Assembly: GCA_964575595.1 (NCBI GenBank)
Contig: CAZNRI010000007.1
Coordinates: 2,749 to 66,748, forward strand
Direction: 5' to 3'
Origin: an uncultured Candidatus Brevefilum sp.
GTDB taxonomy: Bacteria > Chloroflexota > Anaerolineae > Anaerolineales > Anaerolineaceae
DNA length: 64,000 nucleotides
The notes beneath the pieces were generated by a model. The model saw only the letters and a program-made list of their open reading frames with translations. It did no database searches and had not been told where the DNA came from. Shown here one piece after another: positions 19,534 to 30,520 of the stretch. Position numbers and translations under genes: made by a program. Within the stretch, counting starts at the first letter, position 1; every line of letters begins with the position of its first letter.

Positions 19534-20220
19534 ATGCCCGAGGCAGACAAGAAAGAAAATGAGAGCGTTTTCCCTGAATCAATGCCCAAAAATCATAGAA
19601 GGTCCCGAACCCTCAAAGAGCGGTTCATGGATTTCTATTATGATGCCATTCCCTATTTCACCCTCAACCTGGCATGGTTTGTCATGAGCCTGCCCGTGGT
19701 GACGTTCTTTCCGGCGCTGGGAGGTCTTTACACAGCCGTCATAGAATTAAACCAGGAAGGGCGAGCGGATTGGAGCAGTGTTTGGGAGGGATTTAAGAGA
19801 TATTGGTGGCTGAGCCTGCGTTGGGGTTTCTTGGTTTTGTTTGGCGATGTCATTCTTGCTGTAAATATTTGGTTTTATCTTAACATCGAGAAAATTTGGG
19901 CTATCATCCCCCTGATACTGGCAATTACTGTTTCCGTTTTGTGGATTGTAATCCATCAATACAGCTTCCCCCTCCTGCTGATGCAGGATGAAAAGAAGAT
20001 ACTCCTCGCCATGCGCAACGGATATGTGATTGTGATGCACCAGCCGCTGGCAGCGCTGAAGGTCATGCTGCTGAGCTTGTTGATCAGCGCCCTGTCCATC
20101 CTGCTGCCGCCGTTATGGATTTTTATCTCCATGGCGCTCATCGTCCAGCTCCGCACCAGGACCGTCCTGAAAACCGTCAAGAAGATCAAAGAAAAGGATG
20201 CCGAGCGAGATTCCCCATAA
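19534..20220 (+). CDS. DUF624/YesL-like membrane protein
   Basis: LNLAWFVMSLPVVTFFPALGGLY pattern, WEGFKRYW, several TM helices; SD GGAG before ATG 19534. Confidence 0.7.
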   Translation: MPEADKKENESVFPESMPKNHRRSRTLKERFMDFYYDAIPYFTLNLAWFVMSLPVVTFFPALGGLYTAVIELNQEGRADWSSVWEGFKRYWWLSLRWGFLVLFGDVILAVNIWFYLNIEKIWAIIPLILAITVSVLWIVIHQYSFPLLLMQDEKKILLAMRNGYVIVMHQPLAALKVMLLSLLISALSILLPPLWIFISMALIVQLRTRTVLKTVKKIKEKDAERDSP

Positions 20221-20281
20221 AATGAAAATTTTTTAGACTAATTGGGGCAGGATCGTTATAAAATCAATTGAATCCTCATAT

Positions 20282-21301
20282 TTAATTCGCCAACCGAGCA
20301 ATCAAGATATCCAGAGCCACATCCCCGTCCATCTGCCCTGTCTTTGAATCCACATCAATCTTAAGTAATTGATGATAGATCGCCTCCAGAGCTGGCAGGT
20401 CAAAGTGCTTGGCCTGCTCTGTGATCTTACGGGCCACGAAGGGATGTTGATGAAGGATTTTCATCACATCGTCTGCATTTCCCCCGTCATCTATAATCTC
20501 CCGCGCCTCCAGGAGCAGCCGGAATTGGCGCACAATCATTCCGAAGAGCTGAATAAATTCCATATCTTCCAGGAGCAAATGCAGTAAATCCAGAGCTTTC
20601 CGCCCCTCCCGTGAACCGATGGCATCCACCAGGTCAAAGATATCCGCCTGACGGTCCTGCGCGGTCAGCTTGCGCACATCCTCATCTTCAACAGCGCGTT
20701 CAAAATTTACATAAGTCAGCAACTTATCAATCTCTCGTATGGCGCGCTGGGTATTATTCCCAACATATTCTGCCAGCGTATCCGCCCCCTGTGTTGTGAT
20801 TTTGCCCCCCATCTCACTCACTTTTTTCTGTATCCACCCCCCCATCTCCTTGTCCGCGGGCAGGAGACAATCATGCACATACGCCCGACCTCCAGCATCT
20901 TTTGACCATTTCATCAGCCAGTGGCTTTGGTCAAGTTTTTCCCAACGCATTTCACCTTGTTGATATCTTCTCGAATCCGGGATGACCAGGACCAACCCGG
21001 TAGATTGGGGCAGAGAATCCAAAAGTTCCAGGAACTGCCTCCTCTCTTCCTGTCTTCCCCTTCCGGAATAAGATTGGAGGGCGTCTTCAAGGATCACCAA
21101 ACGTCTTTCCGTCAGAAAAGGCATCGCCAGCGCAGCCGCTCGCAGATCGTTTAGACTGGAAGATTTCCCCTCCAGGCGGGTGATGTTCATCTCAACAACA
21201 TTCGAGTCCCCTATTTTATTTTTTAAGTCACTGAGACGCTCTTCAATCGCTTGTCGATCATCCCCCCTGAGGATATAGACAATGGGTTTCTCTTCAGGCA
21301 T
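20282..21301 (-). CDS. holA: DNA polymerase III subunit delta
   Basis: VYILRGDD, AMPFLTERRLVIL, EIDKLLTY, IFDLVDAI, QFRLLL, HPFVARK, D..SKTG. Confidence 0.9.
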   Translation of the reverse strand: MPEEKPIVYILRGDDRQAIEERLSDLKNKIGDSNVVEMNITRLEGKSSSLNDLRAAALAMPFLTERRLVILEDALQSYSGRGRQEERRQFLELLDSLPQSTGLVLVIPDSRRYQQGEMRWEKLDQSHWLMKWSKDAGGRAYVHDCLLPADKEMGGWIQKKVSEMGGKITTQGADTLAEYVGNNTQRAIREIDKLLTYVNFERAVEDEDVRKLTAQDRQADIFDLVDAIGSREGRKALDLLHLLLEDMEFIQLFGMIVRQFRLLLEAREIIDDGGNADDVMKILHQHPFVARKITEQAKHFDLPALEAIYHQLLKIDVDSKTGQMDGDVALDILIARLAN

Positions 21302-21306
21302 AAGGT

Positions 21307-21819
21307 TCAGCCCCTGGTGATCACCCTGTGTGTACGCACCCCGGCGTGCAAGGAAGTCTCAACCCGTTCCAATTCAAGCCCCTGGGGATCGCCGGTGGTG
21401 GTGATCTGCTTCTGGACAAGGGGGCCGAGTGGTCGGGTGACGACGACAGCCAATGTCGCCAGGAAGATCATCAACGGCAAACGCTCCAGCTTGCGGCGGA
21501 ATTCCTTGCCCGCGCCCAGCGTACCCAGCCAAGCAGCCAAACCAGCAAACATCCCGGATATAGCGAAGTTCGTACCGCAGTTGGGATGCAGCGCCAGTTC
21601 TGCTTCCCCCGCCCGTAATTTTTTAAGAGCTTCGATGGCGGCTTCCGCCACATCTTCGGTCGTAACATCGCCGACAATCGTAAAACCGCCGGGCGAAGAC
21701 ATGCCGCCCATTTTAACATTGGGATGTTTCTTGCTCAAGACGTGAATGGTGGCGTGTTCCAGTCCGTGATTGCGACGGGTTCGTGAAATCGGTTGTAGGT
21801 CAAGAATTGATTTGCTCAT
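21307..21819 (-). CDS. Conserved hypothetical membrane protein (DUF6391-like)
   Basis: RRNHGLEHATIH and LALHPNCGTN motifs plus two TM segments; sits between radA and holA. Confidence 0.7.
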   Translation of the reverse strand: MSKSILDLQPISRTRRNHGLEHATIHVLSKKHPNVKMGGMSSPGGFTIVGDVTTEDVAEAAIEALKKLRAGEAELALHPNCGTNFAISGMFAGLAAWLGTLGAGKEFRRKLERLPLMIFLATLAVVVTRPLGPLVQKQITTTGDPQGLELERVETSLHAGVRTHRVITRG

Positions 21820-21911
21820 GATTGTTCCTGTTCAGTTCATCCAAGTATGGTGACATGCAATCTTGCTTTTTATTCAAACACTACCCATTATAACGGCGAT
21901 ATAAAATTTTT

Positions 21912-23309
21912 TTACTTCACTAAAGCTAAATTTAAAGCTTCCTTAAGCGAGCGGGCTTCCTGCACCTCAATGCCCTCCGGCCAGCTTTCTTTACGATGCA
22001 AGCGGCGGGGAATAATAACGCGCCGAAATCCCAGGCTGGCGGCTTCCCGCAGCCGGGCATGGATCTGCCCCACCATACGCAGCTCACCTGAAAGCCCCAA
22101 CTCCCCGATCAGCGCCAGGTGTGCCTGAACCGGTTGATCTCGCATGGAAGAAGTGATAGCCGCCGCCACCGCCAAATCTGCGGCAGGCTCGTCAATACGC
22201 AGCCCACCGACAACATTCACGAACACATCCTGTTCTGAAAGCTGAAGGTTAAGCCGTCGCGAGAGCACAGCCGTGATCATCAGTAAGCGGTTAAAGTCAA
22301 TCCCGTTGGGCGTGCGCCTGGGATTGCCAAAATTGGTATGACTGGTCAAGCCTTGAATTTCTACCAACAAAGGTCGTGTGCCTTCCATCGTCACCGCAAT
22401 GGCAGAACCGGGTGCATTGACCATCCGCTCCGCCAGAAAAGCTTCAGAGGGGTTTTGTACTTCGATCATGCCGCGCTCCCGCATCTCAAACACGCCCACC
22501 TCCGAGGTTGCGCCAAAGCGGTTCTTCACGGATCGCAGCAGCCGATAAGCTTGAAAACGGTCACCTTCCAGGTAAAGCACTGTATCAACGATATGTTCCA
22601 AAACCCGAGGCCCGGCAATGGTGCCTTGCTTGGTCACATGTCCAATCACGAAAACGGCAATGCCGGAGGACTTGGCCAATTCCCGCAGCCGCGATGCGCT
22701 TTCCCGCACTTGGGATATTGACCCAGCGCTGGATTCCATGTCCGGACGGTAAACGGTCTGGATAGAGTCGATCACCAAGATGCGCGGCTTGACCGATTCC
22801 ACATGTTCCAAAATGGCTTCTAAATTGGTCTCCGTCACCAAATAAAGATCATCCGGCAGTTTTTCTGGCATCCCATTCGTGCTCTGCAAAAGTCGGTTCG
22901 CGCGCATTTTGATCTGCCGCTCTGACTCCTCACCAGAAACGTACAAGACGGTATCCTTGCCTGCCATCCGCAAGGTAATCTGCAGCATCAAGGTGGATTT
23001 TCCGATGCCCGGGTCGCCACCAATCAGAACGATCGAGCCGGGCACGACTCCCCCACCCAAGACACGGGAAAATTCTTGTATGGGAACCAGGATGCGCTCA
23101 TCTTGATCACCTTCAATTTCACTGAGCCGCTTAGGAATGGAAAGACCGCCCAAGCCGTGCATGCTTGCACGACTCAAAGCGGTCTGATCAGATTCAATCA
23201 CTTCTTCGACCATGCTGTCCCATGCACCGCATTGGGGGCAGCGACCCAGGGCTTTGGGAGACGTTCTTCCGCACTCCTGGCAGACAAAATGTGTCCTGGT
23301 CTTGGCCAT
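21912..23309 (-). CDS. radA: DNA repair protein RadA/Sms
   Basis: N-terminal CQECG..CPQC Zn finger, GGDPGIGKSTL, KNRFG, Lon-like C-terminus. Confidence 0.96.
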   Translation of the reverse strand: MAKTRTHFVCQECGRTSPKALGRCPQCGAWDSMVEEVIESDQTALSRASMHGLGGLSIPKRLSEIEGDQDERILVPIQEFSRVLGGGVVPGSIVLIGGDPGIGKSTLMLQITLRMAGKDTVLYVSGEESERQIKMRANRLLQSTNGMPEKLPDDLYLVTETNLEAILEHVESVKPRILVIDSIQTVYRPDMESSAGSISQVRESASRLRELAKSSGIAVFVIGHVTKQGTIAGPRVLEHIVDTVLYLEGDRFQAYRLLRSVKNRFGATSEVGVFEMRERGMIEVQNPSEAFLAERMVNAPGSAIAVTMEGTRPLLVEIQGLTSHTNFGNPRRTPNGIDFNRLLMITAVLSRRLNLQLSEQDVFVNVVGGLRIDEPAADLAVAAAITSSMRDQPVQAHLALIGELGLSGELRMVGQIHARLREAASLGFRRVIIPRRLHRKESWPEGIEVQEARSLKEALNLALVK

Positions 23310-23313
23310 GAAA

Positions 23314-25848
23314 TTACATTCCTACCGCTGCCAGGTTTTCTTCTTCCTCCTGGTCAGCTTCCTTGTCATGTTTCAGGACGATTCTTTTAACTTCAGCGCC
23401 GTCTTCTTCAACAGTCTCAAGATCGATCTTGACGTGCTGACCATCTTTAAATTCACCTGCCAACAAGGCATCTGAAAGGCGATCCTCAATCTTCTGCTGG
23501 ATCACACGCCGCAGCGGCCGTGCGCCCATTTCGGGGTTGTATCCTTCCTCAGCCATCAAATCAACGGCAGCTTCGGTCGGTATCAGGCTTATTTCGTTCC
23601 CTTCCAGACGTGTGTTAACTTTATTCAATTCCAATTGCACGATCTCGCGAATATCGTCCTTGTTCAAAGACCGGAAGACAATCACGGAATCCAACCGGTT
23701 GATGAACTCCGGCCTGAAGCTGCGTTTAAGAGCGTCTATCAGTTTCTTCCGCATCTCCTTATACGACTGGGCTTCTTCCTGCGCCTTATCAACCGTCAGC
23801 GAGAAGCCAAAGGAAGACTGCCGCTGGATCAGCTCAGCGCCGACATTAGTCGTCATGATGATGATGGCATTGCGGAAATCGACTTTACGCCCGCGGGCAT
23901 CGGTCAGGTGCCCTTCTTCCATAATCTGCAGGAGCATGTTATGGGCTTCCTGGTGCGCCTTCTCAATCTCATCAAAGACAACGATCGAATAGGGGCGCCG
24001 CCGGATCGCTTCGGTCAACTGCCCTGCATCTTCATACCCAACATAGCCGGGAGGAGCGCCAACAAGACGGCTGACGCTGTGGCGTTCCATGAACTCGGAC
24101 ATATCCAACTGGATTAGCGCATCTTCGCTGCCAAACATGAACTTAGCCAACGCTTTAGTCAGCTCAGTTTTGCCGACGCCGGTCGGGCCGAGGAAGATAA
24201 AGGAGCCAACCGGCCTGGAGGGGTCTTTCAAGCCTGCCCGTGCCCGGCGGATCGCTTTAGAAATTGTTTCAATAGCTTCATCCTGCCCAATAATGTGTTC
24301 ACTTAATTCCGATTCCATATTCAAGAGTCGAGCTGATTCTTCCGTCTCAAGCTGCATCAAAGGGACACCCGTCCACATGGAAATCATTTCAGCGATATCG
24401 TCGGTAGTGACATGCGGACTGGTGGAGCGGTCCCAAATGGTTCGCAATTCTTCCAATTTATCCTCAAGCTCATCAATCTGATCCTGCAAATCTTCAATGC
24501 GGTCGAAGTCCTCTTCTTCCTTAGAGACCTCCAGCGCTTTGCGCAGGTCACGCAGTTCACTGATGACCTCCTTGGCATTCACCGCAGCCGGGCTCTTGTA
24601 CATCCGAACCCGGGAGGCGGACTCATCAATCAGGTCAATCGCCTTATCCGGCAGGAAACGGTCACTCACATAACGAGCGGAGAGTTTCGCAGCCGATTCG
24701 AGGGCGCCATCTTCAATGGTCAATCGGTGATGATCCTCGTAAGCAGTGCGTATGCCATGCAGAATTTCAATCGTCTCTTCCACGCTGGGCTCGTTGACGA
24801 TGATAGGTTGGAAGCGCCGTTCAAGTGCGGCGTCATTCTCAATATTCTTGCGGTATTCGTCAAGTGTTGTAGCGCCAATGACCTGCAACTCACCCCGTGA
24901 CAGGGCAGGTTTGAGGATATTAGCAGCATCCACCGAGGAGCCGGCAGAACCGGCACCCACCAGCATGTGCACCTCATCAATGAACAGGATTGCTTCAGAG
25001 GACTTGAGTTCATCAATAACCCGTTTCAGGCGTTCTTCAAATTGACCTCGGTACATCGTGCCAGCGACGAGGGAACCCACATCCAGTTGCAGCAGGCGTT
25101 TGTCAAGCAGGGGTGCCGGCACATCGCCTTCCACAATACGTTGAGCCAAACCTTCCACAATGGCTGTCTTTCCCACACCGGGTTCGCCAATCAGGGCGGG
25201 GTTGTTCTTCGTGCGGCGTGCCAGAATCTGGATCACGCGCTCGATCTCTTTCTGGCGCCCAATGACGGGGTCCAGTTTATCCTCTTCAGCCAGCGAGGTG
25301 AGATCGGTTGCCAACTGGTCAATGAGAGGGGTCTTCTCCAGATCTTTCTTTTCTGTCCGTCGACGCCGTGAACTCGCTTGACCGCCTGTCAATGCGGGTC
25401 GTGATTCGGATTTGGATTCGCGCAGAACCCGATCTATCTGGCGGCGGATTTGCTCGGGCGTGACGCCCAGCTTGCCCAGTATATTCATCGCCTCGCAGTT
25501 GCTCAGGCGAATCAATCCTAACAGTAGGTGTTCCGTGCCAACAACCTTTTGACCTTTCTTCTTGGCTTCATCCAGGGCATAGGGAATCACCTGCTGCATG
25601 CCCGGTGAAAGGTCAATCCTTCCGGTGTGGTCTCCGAAACCAATTTCTTTTTCAACTAATGATTTAACGTGGTTTGTCTCTAAGCCCAACTCACGTAGAA
25701 CGCGGCTGGCAACACTGCCATCAAGCTGAATCAACGCAATTAAAATATGTTCAGTGCTGATCTGCGGTCTGCGTAAACGTTGTGCTTCTTTTTGAGCCAG
25801 GCTGAGTACTTGTTGTGCCTTGGGTGTGAAATTATCAATTCCAGCCAC
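23314..25848 (-). CDS. clpC: ATP-dependent Clp protease ATP-binding subunit ClpC
   Basis: Clp-N repeats, GEPGVGKT, short coiled-coil middle domain, GPTGVGKTE, ClpP-docking FGF loop; GTG start with SD AGGAGG. Confidence 0.93.
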   Translation of the reverse strand: MAGIDNFTPKAQQVLSLAQKEAQRLRRPQISTEHILIALIQLDGSVASRVLRELGLETNHVKSLVEKEIGFGDHTGRIDLSPGMQQVIPYALDEAKKKGQKVVGTEHLLLGLIRLSNCEAMNILGKLGVTPEQIRRQIDRVLRESKSESRPALTGGQASSRRRRTEKKDLEKTPLIDQLATDLTSLAEEDKLDPVIGRQKEIERVIQILARRTKNNPALIGEPGVGKTAIVEGLAQRIVEGDVPAPLLDKRLLQLDVGSLVAGTMYRGQFEERLKRVIDELKSSEAILFIDEVHMLVGAGSAGSSVDAANILKPALSRGELQVIGATTLDEYRKNIENDAALERRFQPIIVNEPSVEETIEILHGIRTAYEDHHRLTIEDGALESAAKLSARYVSDRFLPDKAIDLIDESASRVRMYKSPAAVNAKEVISELRDLRKALEVSKEEEDFDRIEDLQDQIDELEDKLEELRTIWDRSTSPHVTTDDIAEMISMWTGVPLMQLETEESARLLNMESELSEHIIGQDEAIETISKAIRRARAGLKDPSRPVGSFIFLGPTGVGKTELTKALAKFMFGSEDALIQLDMSEFMERHSVSRLVGAPPGYVGYEDAGQLTEAIRRRPYSIVVFDEIEKAHQEAHNMLLQIMEEGHLTDARGRKVDFRNAIIIMTTNVGAELIQRQSSFGFSLTVDKAQEEAQSYKEMRKKLIDALKRSFRPEFINRLDSVIVFRSLNKDDIREIVQLELNKVNTRLEGNEISLIPTEAAVDLMAEEGYNPEMGARPLRRVIQQKIEDRLSDALLAGEFKDGQHVKIDLETVEEDGAEVKRIVLKHDKEADQEEEENLAAVGM

Positions 25849-26203
25849 GGCTTACCTCCTTAATTATTATCTTGCTTTAAATGCACACCTGGATTTGTCA
25901 AGTCGTGATGTCTCAATCGGATCCAGGGGGAAGTTGAAGACCTTAGCAACTTCTAAAACATTACCAATAAATAAAGTCGTGCGCAAATTCTTGCTTTAGG
26001 TCTGACCTGATTCTACCAAATTTTGTCCGAAATGGAACATCCCCACCTGCATTATAATAGAATGTTAATAAATCGGGGGGCGCTTAAAGCACTTTTTTGA
26101 AGATAGTCTCCCCGATTCCACCCTTGAAAGGGCCAATAATTAGTCAAATAAAAAGTCTGCATTAAAAAGCAAGAAACGGCCCATGCATTATTTTTCTAAC
26201 AAA

Positions 26204-27214
26204 TTACCGTAAAACAATGCTCCCCGTGCTAATATCCTCAATAATGATGACAAGCTGATAGGCGGCGCTCTCAAAACCGGGCGTCTGATAAACCCCTTCA
26301 TCCTTGCCTTCCCTGCCGCTGACTTTCACCATGTCCGCGGGGAGCTGCAAACTACCTGTACCGCCATCTATCACTTGCACTTTAACAGGAGCGCCTTCGG
26401 GCACATCCAGGAGGATGCGGCCAGTGGAGCCGTCCAGGCGCACGGTTAAGTTGCTCTCTGCGGGGAACACGATTTCCATAGAGCCGGTGCTGCACTCTAT
26501 ATGGGTGTCATATCCATCTGCTGCAGCGGGCAGGATGATGGTGCTGGAGCCCGTGCTGGCGTCGTAGCGGAAACGTTCCAATTGCATATCTTCCAGGTCA
26601 AGCTCCGCACTTCCGGTGCTGGCATCCACAGTCAGGTCAAAGGGCACCTCCGGGCTGAGTCCAATGTCCCAGACCAGTTCCTCACCCTCAACTTCCGGCA
26701 GGATCCATGAAAACCAACTTTCTACACCCACCTGAGCCAGATCAATATGTTTGTCATCGGTTCCCAACACGGAAAACTCGATCTCGCCGATATGCCCGAT
26801 TTCCGCCTCAAGCAAATTAGTGGAATTCTGCAAAACGTTGACCGTTGTTTCCTGTACGGAAAGGTTCAGGTCGAGGTCTACGGATGTAGTATCGCCAACC
26901 TCTACGGTAAAGGACTCGGTTCGCGGTTCAATCTCCCGCTCTAAACCAAGGGCGCTCCCGTTGAGTAAGATATAAACCACGCCAGCAATCACCAGCAGCC
27001 CCAACAGGGCGCCGATCAAAGGTAGCCGCCTGGCAAAGAGCACATTCAGCCCAACCATGATAAGGAGCACCGGCCACAGGCGAAGCAAGATCCACAGGTT
27101 TTCCGTGGGGATGAGCTTTAAATTGCTTAACAGCCAGATCACACCGGCGCCGAGCAAAATCACAGGCCAGAAAAATGAACGGTAAGGATTTCGAGTTTTT
27201 TGATTGTGAGACAT
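26204..27214 (-). CDS. LiaF/DUF5668-like N-terminal TM domain plus beta-solenoid (toast-rack/adhesin-like) domain
   Basis: FWPVILLGAGVIWLLSNL..LWPVLLI TM motif; repeated xSTGSxxI strands. Confidence 0.7.
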   Translation of the reverse strand: MSHNQKTRNPYRSFFWPVILLGAGVIWLLSNLKLIPTENLWILLRLWPVLLIMVGLNVLFARRLPLIGALLGLLVIAGVVYILLNGSALGLEREIEPRTESFTVEVGDTTSVDLDLNLSVQETTVNVLQNSTNLLEAEIGHIGEIEFSVLGTDDKHIDLAQVGVESWFSWILPEVEGEELVWDIGLSPEVPFDLTVDASTGSAELDLEDMQLERFRYDASTGSSTIILPAAADGYDTHIECSTGSMEIVFPAESNLTVRLDGSTGRILLDVPEGAPVKVQVIDGGTGSLQLPADMVKVSGREGKDEGVYQTPGFESAAYQLVIIIEDISTGSIVLR

Positions 27215-27353
27215 GGGGAACTCTTTTCTTTTATTATTTTATCGATCCTTTTTATACATACTTACTTATAATATAATTATAGCAAATGATTTTACTCACT
27301 GTATGATAAGACGAAAAATAAACAATAGATAAAACAATCTCTGAAACAATCCA

Positions 27354-28019
27354 ATGACTAAAAATGACAAAGAGTTCCCGTTACTGATTGCCCAATCCGG
27401 CCCGCTTGAAGGACAGCGCTGGAAAATTAAAACTGACCTGATATTAGGCCGCAACTCCAGCTGTGATATCGTCATCCCTATGCGTCAGGTTTCCCGTCAG
27501 CATGCACGTGTTTTCTCCAAACAAGACAAGGTCCAGGTGGAAGACCTCGACAGTAAAAACGGCACCTTCGTCAACGGCGTCCTAATAAAAGAACCTGCGC
27601 CTCTTGAAGACGGCGATGAACTTCAAATCTCCCTCGCTCAGCATTTCGTCTTTCTGAGTTCCGATGCTACCATGCCTCTGGAGGACCTGCCATTAAAAAT
27701 GCAGAAACGACGCCTTCGAGTGGATGCCGGCGCGCGCCGTGTTTGGGTGATGGAAGAAGAGGTTGACCCACCCTTATCTGCATCCCAATTTAATTTACTT
27801 TACATGCTTTACAATCAAACAGGTGAGGTGGTCTCTCGTTCTGAAATCATCAGTTCGGTCTGGGGAGAGGCTGCGGAAGGTGTCACAGAACAAGCACTTG
27901 ATGCCCTGGTGCGCCGTCTGCGTGACCGCCTGGCTGAACTTGACCCCTCTTGGGAATACATCGTCACCGTGCGCGGCCACGGCTTACGCTTTGACAATCC
28001 GCCAATTACACAATCTTAA
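27354..28019 (+). CDS. FHA domain plus OmpR/PhoB-type winged-helix transcription regulator
   Basis: FHA motifs LGR, VSRQHA, DLDSKNGTFVNG; C-terminal ALDALVRRLRDRL..IVTVRGHGLRF. Confidence 0.88.
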   Translation: MTKNDKEFPLLIAQSGPLEGQRWKIKTDLILGRNSSCDIVIPMRQVSRQHARVFSKQDKVQVEDLDSKNGTFVNGVLIKEPAPLEDGDELQISLAQHFVFLSSDATMPLEDLPLKMQKRRLRVDAGARRVWVMEEEVDPPLSASQFNLLYMLYNQTGEVVSRSEIISSVWGEAAEGVTEQALDALVRRLRDRLAELDPSWEYIVTVRGHGLRFDNPPITQS

Positions 28020-28022
28020 TAC

Positions 28023-29381
28023 CTAAGATTCGCTTGCCAAATTCCGCTTCATTGAAAACCGCAGCGCTAAACGATAGACCTGCTGCAATTTTTCTGCTGT
28101 CGCTTCGCGGTCTTCCTGTTGTTGAGTCTGATTCACCAAATTCAATAAAAATTGCATGAACTCATCATTGACCTCATCTGAGTTCTCAGCTAACACAGCA
28201 TTGATCGCTTCTTCGCCTTCTGCCTGGACCAATGCCTCAATCAACTCAATATTAGCACCAGGTGCGCTGATCTTTTGGATGGTATTGGCAACTTTCTGCA
28301 GTTTTTCAAGCTCAGATTCATCTTCTTCTTTGCGGGCTTTCAAAATACGGTTGCGCAGCACTTCCAGGAATATTTCATTAATGCTTGGCAGAACTTGCAT
28401 GGTGACTTCTTCAATATCCTCGTTTTCCAGGATCTCATCCAACACCTGACCAGCTAATTCTTCCTGCTCCCGGATCGCCTCGTCAATTTCATGGGTCATT
28501 TCCAACAATTTCTCACGCAATTCCGTCAGCTTTGCCTGCTGACTTCCTGAGGCTTGTTGAATACGGTCTGACAGCAGCTGGAAAAAGCCATAATCCAGTC
28601 CACCCCGCGCCATACTGACCAGGGTTGCCAGCCGCACCTCGCTATCTACTGCGTCGACAATCAAATCCAGAAGACTCTGTCGGGTCAGACCCTGTTTGCT
28701 GGCTTCCTCCAATGCCTTCATGGCTGCCTGCTGTTCCTGGGCTTGTTGTAAAACCTCTCGCCCAAATTCCGTGTTCTCCAGGATCTGCTGTTGAAGGCTG
28801 ACCAAAACTTGGGTGCTTTCCTTTTCACCCGCCGCGGCGGCACTCTGAATCAACCTTTGCAGAATCATCAGCAGCTCCTCATCTACCAGTTTCTCCTCCT
28901 GCTTAATCAGCTCCGGTCGCGCCTCGGGGGAAACGCTGGCCAATCGCTGAAGCAGGTTCAACCGATCCTGCTGCGCTTTGAGCATTTCCGGCGTAATCCC
29001 GTCTTCTTCCAAGATGCGCTCAACCAGGCGCTGCCGAGTCAGCATGGTCTCCGGTTTGAACAGGTAAGCTTTGCGCTCTTCCATGGGAAGACTTTCCATA
29101 ACCTTTTTGATCAATGGACCAATCATTTGTTCCTGTTGATTAACCGGCATGTTTAATTCCGGCGGAAAGAAGGTCAACAAGAGTTCTTTTTCCGGGTCAT
29201 GATAAACAACCGGGGTAGGCGCCGGCCCTTGATAACCGCAATTAGGGCATTGAATCAGGTTATATGCACCTGAAAGCAGTATTTGTTTAGCCTGCGGATC
29301 TTGACTAACATCAAAAAGTCGTGTGATCTCCGCGACCACAGGTTGTTTGCATTGGGGACATGAAATGGTTGTCTTCGCCAT
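28023..29381 (-). CDS. CpXC domain-containing protein
   Basis: N-terminal ISCPQC...CPNCG..YHDPEKELLL followed by a long acidic helical region. Start placed at ATG 29381. Confidence 0.8.
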   Translation of the reverse strand: MAKTTISCPQCKQPVVAEITRLFDVSQDPQAKQILLSGAYNLIQCPNCGYQGPAPTPVVYHDPEKELLLTFFPPELNMPVNQQEQMIGPLIKKVMESLPMEERKAYLFKPETMLTRQRLVERILEEDGITPEMLKAQQDRLNLLQRLASVSPEARPELIKQEEKLVDEELLMILQRLIQSAAAAGEKESTQVLVSLQQQILENTEFGREVLQQAQEQQAAMKALEEASKQGLTRQSLLDLIVDAVDSEVRLATLVSMARGGLDYGFFQLLSDRIQQASGSQQAKLTELREKLLEMTHEIDEAIREQEELAGQVLDEILENEDIEEVTMQVLPSINEIFLEVLRNRILKARKEEDESELEKLQKVANTIQKISAPGANIELIEALVQAEGEEAINAVLAENSDEVNDEFMQFLLNLVNQTQQQEDREATAEKLQQVYRLALRFSMKRNLASES

Positions 29382-29572
29382 GATCTCACTTTCTTCCATC
29401 AAATATCATTAACAAGGGTTGCATTATACCACCTCAGACTCAGATCATCTTTTCAGGCAGCAGGTTAAACCCATACTTTTTCAATCTACTCAATCAATCG
29501 TTGAAAAACGAAAAGCAAGAATTAATAACATGGTATGATTAACACATCATAATCAAGATAGCGTAAAACATT

Positions 29573-30520
29573 GTGAAGCGATTTTACTTCCTGATTCTCC
29601 CCATTATCGTTCTAATGATCACCGGCACATGCTGGGGATCCGCCCATGCACAGGATACACAGGGCATTCAAATCAACACGCTCGAAGTCCAACTCCTGCC
29701 GGAATATGAGGGGGATTCCATGCTGGTAATATGGAACATAGAACTCTCTGAAGACACTTCCCTTCCCAGAGAATTAATGGTCAAGATTCCAGCGGATGCA
29801 GAGATTCAATCCATATCACTTTCAAACCAGGACGCAGGGCAAATCGCTGCAGAAGCAGAAGAGGGAGCGATCACAATCGGGGAATGGCAAAATATCCGCT
29901 TTACAACTTCCTCACCTGAAATACAGATTGAATACTTTGATCCTAACTTGATTGAAGAAAACAACCAACGGAAATTTGATTTTAAATGGTTCTCAACCTA
30001 TCCCGTGAGTGCCATTTTAATAAACGTGTATCAGCCCCTCGGAATCAGTGAAATTATCACAATGCCCGCTTTACCTGCAGCAACAGAGGCAACAGCGACA
30101 ATCACCCAATATTCTGGAGAATTGGGTGCGATTTCTCCAAGCGAAATTTTCTCATTTGAGCTTAGTTATGCCGGAAAAACAGACACGCCCTCATATCCAA
30201 AACTTGATGTTATTTCAGCCACGCCTATTGATAAGACAACCACAGGCCGAAGCGCCATCCCCTTAAGCGTGGTCATATGGCTACTGGCGTTAGCTGTGTC
30301 CATCCTCATCATCGTTGGTTTGAACTATTGGTGGTTCCGAAAGAACAATATGGAAAAGCGCACTCGCACTTACCACAGCGTGGGCATTATGAACCCTGAG
30401 AAAGGGGTGACTTATTGTTACGAATGTGGGATGCGCTCTCAGTCAGGTGACAGTTACTGCCGAAATTGCGGGACGCCTTTACAACAATCCAATCAGAGAA
30501 TCCTCCCCGCCCAGACCTAA
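29573..30520 (+). CDS. Hypothetical single-pass membrane protein with C-terminal zinc ribbon
   Basis: Signal peptide (SAHAQ), extracellular domain, TM helix, then YCYECG...YCRNCGTPL. Confidence 0.75.
   Translation: MKRFYFLILPIIVLMITGTCWGSAHAQDTQGIQINTLEVQLLPEYEGDSMLVIWNIELSEDTSLPRELMVKIPADAEIQSISLSNQDAGQIAAEAEEGAITIGEWQNIRFTTSSPEIQIEYFDPNLIEENNQRKFDFKWFSTYPVSAILINVYQPLGISEIITMPALPAATEATATITQYSGELGAISPSEIFSFELSYAGKTDTPSYPKLDVISATPIDKTTTGRSAIPLSVVIWLLALAVSILIIVGLNYWWFRKNNMEKRTRTYHSVGIMNPEKGVTYCYECGMRSQSGDSYCRNCGTPLQQSNQRILPAQT

Noticed and set aside
25860-26110. Possible CIRCE or CtsR box upstream of clpC (TTAGCAACT..., GGTCAGACC)
   Set aside because: No matching second CIRCE half-site and no GGTCAAA direct repeat; only generic hairpins.
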